Source: Raillietiella orientalis
Taxonomy: Eukaryota
Length of the DNA stretch: 64,000 nucleotides
Direction: 5' to 3'
NCBI GenBank assembly: GCA_036172245.1
Contig: JAYWIR010000031.1
Span: 496,001-560,000 of the forward strand
This document shows, piece after piece, positions 24,401 through 34,075 of the stretch. A program made the position numbers and the translations under genes. A model generated the notes under the pieces. It worked only from the letters and a program-made list of their open reading frames with translations. It did no database searches and was not told where the DNA came from. Position 1 is the first letter of the stretch. Every line of letters begins with the position of its first letter.

Positions 24401-25446
24401 CAACCTCCCGCTCCCTCTCCCGAATGTAAAGAGCTCTCGGACTCGCCTAGCCACCTCCGAAGCTTTCATGGCATCCGCGCCGAACGAAGGGAGAGGAGGC
24501 ACCCACAATTCCGCATCACGTTTCCAGGGAGCTTGATCAGCTTCAGCTCAGATATGGGTCACGCCCTTCAGGCACTCACGCCAGCCCAAGTCACTCTCGA
24601 TTCAAGATTCACTGAAATACCAGGGCATCCCAGATCATCCTTCGATCCTCTCCTTTGACTGGAACCTCGGCGAGTGTGTGACCATTTCCTCGTCCCGGTG
24701 CTTTTGCAGGCGTTGGCATGTCCACAGAAGACCCCCTTCTCCCGGTCTCTCGTGTTTGGCGTAGGGCGCGCCCCGCGTTTCCAGACCTCGTTCGCTTCAG
24801 ACTGATGAGATAGGAACCTTTGGGAAAGATCGCCGACGAGTGACCTCGAGAATGACGGGCGTTTCCCTCCTCAGGAATTGCTTCCTGGACTCCGGATACG
24901 CTGTCAAGATCGGCAACTTCGACTGGAGCGGGGGACCCTTCGGCGACGAGTACGTCCAGCTAGACAGAAATTCCGTGATGCGGCCGTTGCGATGGATGGC
25001 CTGCGAGACTGTGATCACCGTAAGCCAAGCGGCCCCTGCCTCGGGTTCCGTGCCCAAGGGTTCCTGTCTTGTTCCAGGGAAAGCTTTCCACGAAGAGCGA
25101 TGTCTGGTCCTACGCGGTAACCCTGTGGGAGATCCTGACGTTCGGCGTGATGCGGCCACACACCCTGCTGGACAATGATGAGGTCCTCGAGAATGTCCGG
25201 CACGCCTGGGTGGCGGACGGATTGCAGGTTCGCATCCCCTTCCCTGTCTTTTGCCCTCCCCCCTTTGGCTGGCCGCAACGAGCCGTGTTGCAGCTGTACC
25301 CGGAACAACCGTCTGTGTGCCCGAAGGAGATTTACGACCTCATGCTGGAATGCTGGCGGCGGAACGAAATGGAAAGACCCAGCTTCCGGGAAATACATCT
25401 CTTCCTGCAGAGGAAGAACCTGGGGTTCACACCCGACGCCACTTGA
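3219..25446 (+). CDS. Ddr: Discoidin domain receptor (DDR)-family receptor with a predicted catalytically dead kinase domain; 15 exons visible, 5' exon(s) missing. join(3219..3450,4733..4880,13583..13747,13790..13935,13977..14184,19141..19242,19303..19517,23066..23398,23444..23572,23628..23722,23771..23959,24018..24110,24875..25019,25078..25227,25294..25446)
   Basis: Manual splicing gives 2503 nt with matching phases at every junction and one open frame to TGA at 25444-25446. DDR hallmarks occur in the expected order: [69 protein letters not shown] helix, [59 protein letters not shown]. Confidence 0.93.
4733..4880 (+). CDS. Ddr: DDR exon, DS domain part 2
   Basis: gttccag| [49 protein letters not shown] |gtaaat, phase 0 to 1. 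Confidence 0.95.
8974..8995. repeat. (TG)n microsatellite
   Basis: Read directly. Confidence 0.95.
10400..11140 (+). mobile_element. Degraded, internally deleted pogo/Tigger-family (Tc1/mariner) DNA transposon in a DDR intron; ends approximate
   Basis: 10515-10610 reads, with frameshifts, [29 protein letters not shown], resembling a CENP-B/Tigger N-terminal HTH. 10775-11029 reads [25 protein letters not shown]...[12 protein letters not shown], resembling the Tigger post-DDE helix and acidic tail. A repeated atatagtca...gataga(g/a)aaactttt motif lies at 10400-10500. The segment is AT-rich. Confidence 0.65.
13583..13747 (+). CDS. Ddr: DDR exon, DS-like domain part 1
   Basis: atttcag| (E)[54 protein letters not shown] |gttaga. 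Not in the ORF track. Confidence 0.92.
13790..13935 (+). CDS. Ddr: DDR exon, DS-like domain part 2
   Basis: Follows a 42-nt intron. (D)[48 protein letters not shown] |gtgata. Confidence 0.9.
13977..14184 (+). CDS. Ddr: DDR exon, DS-like domain part 3
   Basis: Follows a 41-nt intron (tcttag|). [69 protein letters not shown] |gtaatt. Confidence 0.9.
17143..17164. repeat. (CA)n microsatellite
   Basis: Read directly. Confidence 0.95.
19141..19242 (+). CDS. Ddr: DDR exon, extracellular juxtamembrane linker
   Basis: ttatttccag| (V)[33 protein letters not shown] |gtaggg. Phase-compatible and in frame with the TM exon; a poorly conserved region. Confidence 0.65.
19303..19517 (+). CDS. Ddr: DDR exon, transmembrane helix
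   Basis: cttcag| (A)[38 protein letters not shown]...NNSFDIK |gtaggt. One hydrophobic helix followed by basic residues. Confidence 0.85.
23066..23398 (+). CDS. Ddr: DDR exon, cytoplasmic juxtamembrane region
   Basis: ctttccag| [14 protein letters not shown]...VIYTEP...STYAEP...EYPTLP...LILQ |gtaagt, phase 0. Confidence 0.75.
23444..23572 (+). CDS. Ddr: DDR exon, juxtamembrane end and kinase Gly-rich loop
   Basis: [43 protein letters not shown] |gtcagt. Confidence 0.85.
23628..23722 (+). CDS. Ddr: DDR exon, kinase beta2-beta3 (VLVK)
   Basis: gcgtag| [31 protein letters not shown](R) |gttagg. Confidence 0.85.
23771..23959 (+). CDS. Ddr: DDR exon, kinase alphaC to hinge
   Basis: ctttccag| [48 protein letters not shown]...KNPL(S) |gtacaa. 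Confidence 0.85.
24018..24110 (+). CDS. Ddr: DDR exon, kinase alphaE and degenerate catalytic loop
   Basis: ccttccag| [30 protein letters not shown](R) |gtaaga. HGSLGCR replaces HRDLATR. Confidence 0.93.
24875..25019 (+). CDS. Ddr: DDR exon, degenerate DFG and activation segment
   Basis: cctcctcag| [48 protein letters not shown] |gtaagc. Confidence 0.93.
25078..25227 (+). CDS. Ddr: DDR exon, kinase alphaF-alphaG
   Basis: gttccag| [50 protein letters not shown] |gttcgc. Confidence 0.92.
25294..25446 (+). CDS. Ddr: DDR last coding exon
   Basis: gttgcag| [50 protein letters not shown], then TGA. Confidence 0.93.
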   Translation: MYPEQPSVCPKEIYDLMLECWRRNEMERPSFREIHLFLQRKNLGFTPDAT

Positions 25447-26325
25447 GCGGCGCGCGCGCGTGCGCCGTCCCCGACGACTCATCGCCAGATTTCCTGAGGT
25501 CCTGTACTCCTTCGGCAGTGCCTCCGTCCTCCCGGCTGGCAGGAGCGACCTACCCAGAGAGTGTGGTATCCCCTGCAACACGTGTCGCAAACACTTCGAA
25601 CGAGTGGCGGGACCGAGGCGAAGGCTTGCCGTCGGCCACCATCGTCGCTTTGGTCCGAACGCTGCCGGTGAGGCCGTGCGGTGCGAGCGCGGTGCAGTCC
25701 GATATTAGGACGAAGAAACGAAAAAAAAAACAAAAAGAAAAAACAGGAAAAAAAAGCGAGTCGAGTGACGCATTGCAGAGCGTGGTGGCACATTTCTGGC
25801 TCTACAGAGTCACTCGCCCTGGTGAAGAAGCTCTGGAGCGCGCTCGTTTCACCCCCTCCACATCCCTTCCCTCCCTTTCGCCCTTTCGTCTTGCTCCCCA
25901 TTCCAGAAGAACGCGGATCGAACGCGTTACCGCAGCCCTGCCGAGACGCGAACCCCCCTCCCCCCCCCCCGAAAAACTCTTGTGGAAGGAGGCAGTGTTT
26001 ACAAAAACGGGAGAACCTTGTTTCGGGGAGTTCAGCTGAAGTTAAAATCCCCGGAGCGAGCAGAGTCATCTGGGAAGATTTGCTTTCGCAGTACGCCGAG
26101 GAAGCAGCAGCAGCAGCATTTCTCTTGGCACGCACGGAAAAAGCAAGGACAGATCCAGCGTGCGGGACAGCATCTCCCGAACTTTCAGAGAAGGACGGAG
26201 TCGCTCCCGGTGGGAGTTGCGCATCTGCAGAAGTGGACTCTGGACGAGTGACGGCCGGTGCTCGAAACGCCACGAAGACGTTCGCCCGGAAGCCCCAAGG
26301 GAAGCACACTTTCAGAATGATACAG

Positions 26326-26331
26326 AATAAA
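26326..26331 (+). terminator. Candidate polyadenylation signal of the DDR gene
   Basis: AATAAA about 880 nt after the stop codon; motif match only. Confidence 0.25.
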
Positions 26332-28637
26332 AGATCTCCTACCTGTTACGGTGACGTCATTTTTCACAGAATCCCGCAGACAAGATGGATCGCCGGCAGT
26401 ACCCTTATCATGCGTGAAACCGCCAGCAACTCCGCACGAGCGGGTTCGCGGAGCGCACACAAATCTTGGCGGCAGCCCGAACTCCACCGTGGACTAGTCG
26501 AGAGCGGACGTTCGGGAAGTTGCCGGATAATAAGAGCAGCGGCTTCGCAGAGCATACGCTGGAACGGGACGGCCGGTGTCTTGGCAGCATCCGTAGCTGG
26601 GAGTTCCCTCCATGGTAGCAGCAGCATTAGCTAGGGAAACTCGTTCGCTCTCCTTTCCTTTTTTTAGTTTGTGGGTGAGGAGCAGCAACGAAATGCTCCG
26701 AGTGACCGCTTCCATTTTCATTTGGACCCAACTTAAGTATAATGTTGGATGCTTCCTTCCCCAATCAGTCGGCTCGAGGTCCCATTTTCGGAGCCCCGCA
26801 GGTGTCAATGCTCTGGGAGAGGGAATTCGGATGCACCCAACTGCGTACCGCTTGACTGGAAGACACAGCTGGGTCACGCTCAGCTCGGTCTCGAAGTGGC
26901 ACCTATCAGGGGAGAAAGTCGCGGTGCGGCGAGACGGTAAAACTCGTGTGGCAGCCCTGCTCTTGGCGGAAAGGACGGGGAATGCACTGAAGGGGCGGGC
27001 CCGGGACGCAGCCCCGTCCCAAACGACTCTCACCGTCGGCGGCTCCTTTTGATCGGCCGAACCAACGGGATGAAAAGTCCTGGCGAAGAAGAACAACCAC
27101 GCAGCAGCAGCAGAGCGCCGAGAGCTCCAGACGACTGGCTGGCTACTTTCACGCCCTCGGTTCTGCGACACCACCTGGCGGCGGTGATCGAAACTCTCTG
27201 CGAGAACACAAAGGGCGACCCCAAACGACGGGCTCGGGGTTGTTTCACATGCTACGGGAGCGACAAGGAAACAAAGGGAAACGGAAGACATACGCTGAGT
27301 GCAAAGGGATACGGGCGTTTGGGGCGTGCGTCCGATTACATGCACCATCGTTCCCGCTCCGCAGCACGCCGGCAGGGGGAAGGCACGCGGGACGACGGTG
27401 AGGGTCGGAAATCCTCCAGAGTCTTCTTCTTGGCGAGATTTTCCTGGACCCAAAAGGCCAGGAAGGTCTCAGCCATTTCTTAATGAATGGGAGCCTTGGA
27501 CGGCGATTTTTTTGTTCCCTTTTGCGTGTGTGTGCGTGTGCGTGTGTCGACGTTCGCGTCCAATCGTCTGGACCAGTGGGAAACGGTCCAGCTGCTTCGA
27601 CGAAACTAAGGTCTCGAACGGTTCGTGCTCTCTTGCAACCGCAAGCAGAAGTGCCTCTGCAAAAAGTGAATGGATGAAGGTGGAGGGCGCCATTTAGATG
27701 AATTCCAAGTGAGTAGGAATGCCATGTGACACACACAAAAAATGCGAGTTCTCAGGAAAGGGAAAAGTGTTCTCCAAACAGGGAAGGAAACACGTGCTTC
27801 CTGCTTTTTCCTCCCCTCACCCTTATCCTTCCTTGCCGGGTGCAGATCGCCAAGTTCTGCAAGCTCGCGACTTTGTCTGTTTTCGGGCGAGAACGCATTT
27901 TCTGATTATTTTTTTTAGAGATGTGTGGGCCTCGCATGCTGGGACGTTTCTCATCGCCGGAGGAGAAGGGGAGTGGAGAGTAGCGCTCTGTGTATGCTGT
28001 TTGCGGGAGGGGAGGAGGGAAAGGGTTCTCCTGTTTATTTTAGTGGGGCCCGTCGCGCGCGCAGACCCGACGCGTTGCTCGACCTGGGTCGGCGTCGCCT
28101 GGCTGGATGGAACGGGAACGTTTTTTTTTCAAGGGAGGAGTGAGGGGGATCGCGCGCGCGCTGAGAAGAGGCTAGAAGGCTCTTCGCGGGAGGAATTTCT
28201 CTCCAGCACCACCTTTCCACACCTGTCCCCACGGCGGTTTCCCGAGCCTTCGCAAGGATCCATGGAGATGGTGTGGTTTCAGCAGAATCCGCGTCGCCCG
28301 CAAGATGGACTGTTGCGACGAACCGCTCAAATATCTCGCGCGACGAGAGGCTGCGGAACTCTTGCGCGGGTCGCGAGATGCATTTCTTGCAGCAGCTCCA
28401 AGCGGGGCGCCCGTTCGATTACACGGGCGTTCCAGCTGCCTCTTACACGGAGGAAGCTGACTGCGCGCAGTGGTCCACCGACGAGAATCGTTCGCCGTTC
28501 CGCCACGGAAGCAGAACGACGCGCAAGGATGCTGAAACCCATGGCAACACGGCCATGAATAAGGCGCTTTTTTGCATGTCCGATATGTATGCAGTTGTTT
28601 CAGGGGGTTGATGCATTAAAGGTAAAAAATGGTGATG

Positions 28638-29352
28638 CCTGCCATTTCCTGGATCCGCGAACGGGAAGCTTTAGAGCGCTTTTGAGCGATGGATGGTGTT
28701 GATTCTTTGTAGGAACGAACGATGCACTCGAAGGTATGCAGAGTAGGAGGAAGGGAATCCCTGAATGAAATCTGCTTCACGTCAAATCCGGAAATGGATT
28801 GACGCTCCATCTATTATTAGTGAATGGGGAGTGGCGAGGGTGATCGGTGTCCTCTGATGATTGGTGCTAGGAATGTCTTCTCGTAGTTACAGACTTCTCA
28901 CGGATGGCAGGCTCTTCTTTCCCGTTCGGAAATCTTCCCATCTTCCCTTGAGGCGGTGCCGCGAAAGCGCGCCCCGCGGAAGTGAAATTTGGAAAAGCCG
29001 TTGGCCTCCAACGGAGCTGCAGGTAGTCAGCAAGAGTTTCTTCGCACGGAGGCCAGAAATTTTCTTGGGAGACGCCAACTCTCCATATGCAAGGCTGGCT
29101 GTTTGGTATTCTCCTTTCTCAACACCAGTCACCAGAGAACACCAATCAGCTCCTCCATTTCCTGTTTACTAATAATAGATGGAGCGTCAATCCATTTCCG
29201 GATTTGACGTGAAGCAGATTTCATTCAGGGATTCCCTTCCTCCTACTCTGCATACCTTCGAGTGCATCGTTCGTTCCTACAAAGAATCAACACCATCCAT
29301 CGCTCAAAAGCGCTCCAAGTCTTCCCATTCCATGGGTCCAGGAAATGGTAGG
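28638..29352. repeat. Long inverted repeat: perfect 148-bp core (28674-28821 / 29168-29315) with imperfect outer (~35 bp) and inner (~47 bp) extensions and a ~250-bp spacer
   Basis: Base-by-base reverse complement. The ORF track shows the same peptide (MERQSISGFDVKQ...AQKRSK) on both strands. Confidence 0.97.
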
Positions 29353-31549
29353 AAATGGCGTTAGGGAACCGGCGAGCTCGTAACGAAGAGAAGGGAAAAC
29401 ATTGGAACAGCAAATGATTAAGACACAGGAATGGACAGAGACACACATAAAGCGCCCCGATGAACCATAAGACACACATAAATTACAGTTGTAGAGTTGA
29501 GGCTTTGGTAAAAACAACGACAGCAACAACAACAACAGCAGGAGCAGAAACGAAGCCATTCCGAGTGTTTTCACAAGACGGAAGGTTATCCAAACGAATG
29601 CCTCACTAATGACACAGGAAATCCCTGGATGGAGTGATTTATTTGAGAGAAAGAGACCCTGCGAGTTGCAGCCTGCAACCAATGTGGTGAGATACACGGA
29701 GCTTCTCTGAATCCTCTATTAGCAGACATCTTGATTCCACCTTTTAAACACCTATTCGTGATCTCCAGAACGCAGGACGCATCTCAATCTACAGAAGAGC
29801 TCGTACTCATGGGAGAACCACGTGAGAAAAGCACGCATGCACAAAGAAGGAACTTACCACCCCTTTAGCGAGCGAAGTTGCCATCAATAAAGCCGGGATG
29901 CGGCTGCTCCTAATTGCTAGAAATGAAAGGATGTGACTGCCTGCATCCCGGTTTCGGTTTTGGCTCGAGGTGGGCAGAGCCGCGCATCAGTGCTGTTGCC
30001 TTAGGTGTTTTGCAAAGATCCATCTTTCTCACCTCTCCTGCACAGACATCATCGTGGGTTGCGGAAGGTAAAAGGTGCTGGTAACACGGAATGAGAGGAA
30101 CGGAACTTCCCTTTTTTTTTTTGTCTCTCCCACTACGCGCACATCATTGACAGATGTGCATTTGGACAAAAAGGAACATGAAATGGGATTGGATAGAACC
30201 GTATCCATCGGAAATGCTTCCTGCCTCCCACTCCGAAACATCAGCAAGCAGATCAAAGGAGTGATTCACCTTTCATCTGGCGATTCACAGCAAGGTTGCC
30301 CTTCCAGGACGAGGTCCTCGGCATCTGCGAGCGCGGTGAGCGGTAGAGGGGAAAACGCACTCTCAGAGGAGAGCGGTTCGAAAGAGGAACGCGAGCAGAT
30401 TCCGGAAGCGCGCTGGACAGCACGTTTCCAGCATATTTCCTAGAAGGGAGGTACGGGAGGAAACCCCCCGCGCGAACGGAACCGGATTCAGGAGTTTCCG
30501 ACTCTGGATCTTGATCCTTCGACTTACCTGTGAGGAAAGAATCCAGAAACGCAAGCGACCCATTGGTAGAATGCAGCGGAACAGATGCCAGAAGTTCTCA
30601 CAGCTTCCTGGACATCAAAAAGGCAACCGGGAACTTGATTGGCCGCCATTTAATTAGCCCTTCTCTTTATTGCAGCACGTGACACGGAAGGGCGATTCGA
30701 ATTTTCATTTGGGTGCGAGCCGTCGCCGTCGCACCTCGGTTCCCCGCCATTGCCGGCGACCGCGCTCTTTGTTTTTGGGCTGATGTTCTTTGGTCGTCCC
30801 TCGCCAGCTGCTGATTATTCGCTCTGAGGGCTGCGCTTGCCCGGGCAGCAAATTTCGCCGTGACTCATGTAAGGCTCTCCGAGAGGAGGAAAAAAGAGGT
30901 CGCAGCGAATGGGGGGGCGGGGGAGAGGGAAGGATGCAACCCGCAAACGTACCAATCTCTTCGAAGCGCCTCGCTTCCTCTCCCCCTCCGGGTTCCCTTG
31001 GTCCGACCTCCCCTGCTCCTCGCATCTGCGTCTCCCCCTCTTCTCCAGGAGAGCTTTCGCGAACCTCTTCTGTGCTTGCTCTCCCGTAAATCACCCTGCG
31101 CTGGTTGGCCTTTCTATAAGGCCGGCATAAATTACGATCAGGCAGGGGAAGTTTCCTGTTCCCCAAATGCATATCAACTTCCCTCCCAACAAAAGCAACA
31201 CTCGCGAGCGGCAATCTGTGATCGGCGTGGAATCGGATCCGCGAAAGACCGCGAAAACTTTTTTTTCCCCCTCTTCCCCGCAAGACTTCGGCCGCTTTCC
31301 CTTCTGCTCCCAACTCGTTCGGATTCTTCGCTACAGCTGTTTCCACCTCGCGCGGCCGCGACCTGCCTGCCTTACGCGATTTTTCGCTTTCGTTCTCTCC
31401 TGTCCTTGCTATATATCCTTGATGCGTGCGGTACTCCTTTTTTTCCGTCCCCGCGCGCGTGCACTGCATGCACGGGACGCGCACCTCCTCTACTCTTTTC
31501 TCGAAGACCTCCCTAAGACCCACAAGCAAAAAATCTTGAAAAAGGAGAC

Positions 31550-32530
31550 GCGCCTTTCCGGAGGAATTTCGTGGGAAACTTCGTCCGTGCAGCCACAGCC
31601 TCCAGCGCCTCGAAGATGCAGTTCTCGATGAACACGAATATGTTCGTGGCAGCCCCATCCCACGAGTGGCCTTGAGGAAATCTGAGAGAGGTCATCGCAA
31701 CCACCCAAACCTTCCTGAGTTTGCTGCAGAGGGAGCTTTTGGTCCCATCCGGGATACGGCAACACAGGACTGCCCCCTCCATGGTCACACACTGAGCTGG
31801 AACTAGCTACTGGACATTCCTGAGTGGAGTGGTCCCCGGTGCTTTTGGACACGCACGCTCTTCCCTTAAAATGGTAGGAGTCAGCGCTACTGCTGCTGCA
31901 CTGGGGCCTCCCGTGCAACTTCCGCCGGTATCACTGGACACGGTGTGTATGTGGAGGGGAGCGCGTATCCCTCCCACACCTGCTTGTGGATTGTGTTGAT
32001 CCCCAGCCCCTCTGGGAACTTTGCCGCGACCCTAGGAACCCCCGGAGGCAACATTAGGGACTCTCTGAAACTCCTCCTCGTTCGCGATGTCTTTCGGCCC
32101 GCAGCTCGCTAGCAGCTCTTTGCTGCCTATATGGGATCATCGCTGCCTGGAGCGACGCAAGAAGAGGACATAGCGACAGGGGTGCACTTAGCCGTTCGAT
32201 TCATGAGGATAGCAATGAGATCGCCCCACCTGAAGCACTGCATGCAGCAAGAACTTGCCGGCATCCTGCAGAGGATGCAGAGGAACCGCCCCTAGCAGGA
32301 CGTGACTCCTTGCCTCAACCCCCAAACTTATTTATTTCCTCTATTTCTTTTTTCCTTCTTTTTTATTGCCCTTCTTCCCCATGGAGAACCTCACCGGTCT
32401 GAGAAACGGGTAACCCCGCAGGCTCCCGAAAAATTGCACGTGGTTGGACCACCAGCCCAGCCACAGAGACTGCGATTGTTTGTTTTTTCTATATGAAATA
32501 AACGCCTTGGAGCACCCGGGTGAGAACCCA
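31550..32530 (+). mobile_element. 5'-truncated, degraded non-LTR retrotransposon (L1/Tx1-like) 3' fragment, copy A; 5' end approximate
   Basis: Reads WSPVLLDTHALPLKW*ESALLLLHWGLPCNFRRYHWTRCVCGGERVSLPHLLVDC..QPLW, a C-terminal CCHC zinc region (zf-RVT-like) with stops. Followed by a T-rich 3' UTR and AATAAA at 32497. Confidence 0.7.
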
Positions 32531-32717
32531 AGGTTACAAATGGCACTGTGCACACACTCCGGCGTCCGGCTCTGCGTGCACTTCTACGCCCAGTCCCTGG
32601 CACGCAACTCCTGCGACCCTTCCACAGGACGACGAGAGGGAGAGATCCAAGAGACGAGCGGAAAACTCCCCAGTTCGCCCCAATAGGAGAGGACATCGGA
32701 CATTTTTTGCTCGGATC

Positions 32718-32790
32718 GGCGGCCGTGTGGCCGCGGTCTCCGAGGCGTGGCACCAAGAGTTGAAGGTTCGAATCCTGCCTGGGAAAGAGC
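32718..32790 (+). other. tRNA-derived (SINE-head-like) Pol III internal promoter remnant
   Basis: ggcggccgtgTGGCCGCGGtctccgaggcg...GGTTCGAATCCtgcct: an A-box-like motif and a perfect B box (32765-32775). I could not form a complete cloverleaf. Confidence 0.5.
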
Positions 32791-32874
32791 CGACGCCGAG
32801 AAATGGGGAGTGCACCGTGGGTTTCGATTTCTCCTCGCAGTACGGCTCTGGTTGCCTATTCGGATGCGGAGGCA

Positions 32875-34075
32875 CTGGTTGACACCCGCTCACTCCGGGG
32901 CGTTTATTTATAAAAACAAACACACGTGCCTGTGGCAGGACGTTTGATCCTGCCACGCTACTCATAACTACGAGAAGAACTCTATATCTAATTTGCTGTC
33001 CTCATGAAGAGGACAGCAAATTAGATGGCGTCCCTGTCGTTCCGGCCTCCTCTGGCGTTGCTCTATGCAGCCACGGTCCCGCCGCGTAGGCAACAGAGTG
33101 TTGCTATTGATGCGGCCGGCGTGAGCACGTCGCGCAGGAAGAGGCGCTTTCAAACGTCTCTGGCGTTGCCTCCGGGGGTTCGAAGGGTAGCAGCAAAGCG
33201 TCCCCAAAGGAGCCGGAGGGCAACACAGTCCTCTAGGAGGTGCAGGAGGGATTCTCGCTCCCGCACCTTGCGCAGTTTGAACCACATACACCCATGTCCA
33301 ATGATGCCAGCGGGCGTAGCACAGGAGGCCCCAGTGCAGCAGGATCAATGTTGACTCCTGACACTTCAAGGGGAGGACGCCGGTGTTCATTAGCACCCGG
33401 GACTACTGCAGGTTTTCCTCCGGAATACCCAGTAGCACTCTCCACATAAAGTCCACACACAGAGAAAACAAATGCGGGTGCGACACTGGTGGAACCTCCT
33501 ATCTAGCCGTAAGGCTGCTGTCCATATGCTCCCTAAGGGAGGACAGCACAGCGGCGAGGGAGGTTCTGCTTGCCCATGCACTCTTCACGGGATCTTTTAG
33601 GATCTCCCGGAGCGTGCAGCCGTTGTTGGTGAGTGCTTACAGGAAACGTCGCGCCTGTTCCGTGCTTGACCCCTGGATCCATGCCCACGTGCGAACGGCT
33701 CCCTACAATCAGGCACTACTGTTCGCGGGACAGCAAGAGATCCAGGCCAGTATGTCCACCTGCAAGGAAGGACGTGAGTTACACGCTGCCGGTGGCTTGC
33801 TGGACGAAGAGATGTGCAAGTTGGCACCCGGTGGTGTTCCAGAAACTTGCCACGAGGTCAAGTGTCCGAAACTGGAGCAGCAGCTCCATCCGCTCGAGCG
33901 TCAGGAGAATGCCTAGGCCACCGTCCCTGCGCAGAGCACACGAGTTCCGGAGGCGGATTCAGGCCTCCCTTTGCCCCAGAGGGCGATCCGGAGGAGGTTC
34001 TTTGTCCGCTTTCTAATGCTGCACTGGTGCAAGCCAGAAACCGGATGCTCCTGTTGACTTGCCGGGATTGGAAGT
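32875..34075 (-). mobile_element. 5'-truncated, degraded non-LTR retrotransposon (L1/Tx1-like) 3' fragment, copy B, convergent with copy A
   Basis: The minus strand reads, with frameshifts, KNLLRIALWGKGR/A*IRLRNSCALRRDGGLGI (post-RT FLW..GGLG motif), LPLKCQESTLILLHWGL and CARCG../ESLLHLLEDC (CCHC). Its tail tgtttgttttt..aaataaacgcc..ggag..cgggtg..aacc matches copy A. Confidence 0.75.

Noticed and set aside
3219..25446. DDR gene as a pseudogene
   Set aside because: There are no stops or frameshifts over about 833 codons, the splice sites are intact and the structural motifs are conserved. The damage is concentrated at catalytic residues.
32718..32790. Functional tRNA gene
   Set aside because: A B box is present, but I could not build convincing acceptor and anticodon stems.
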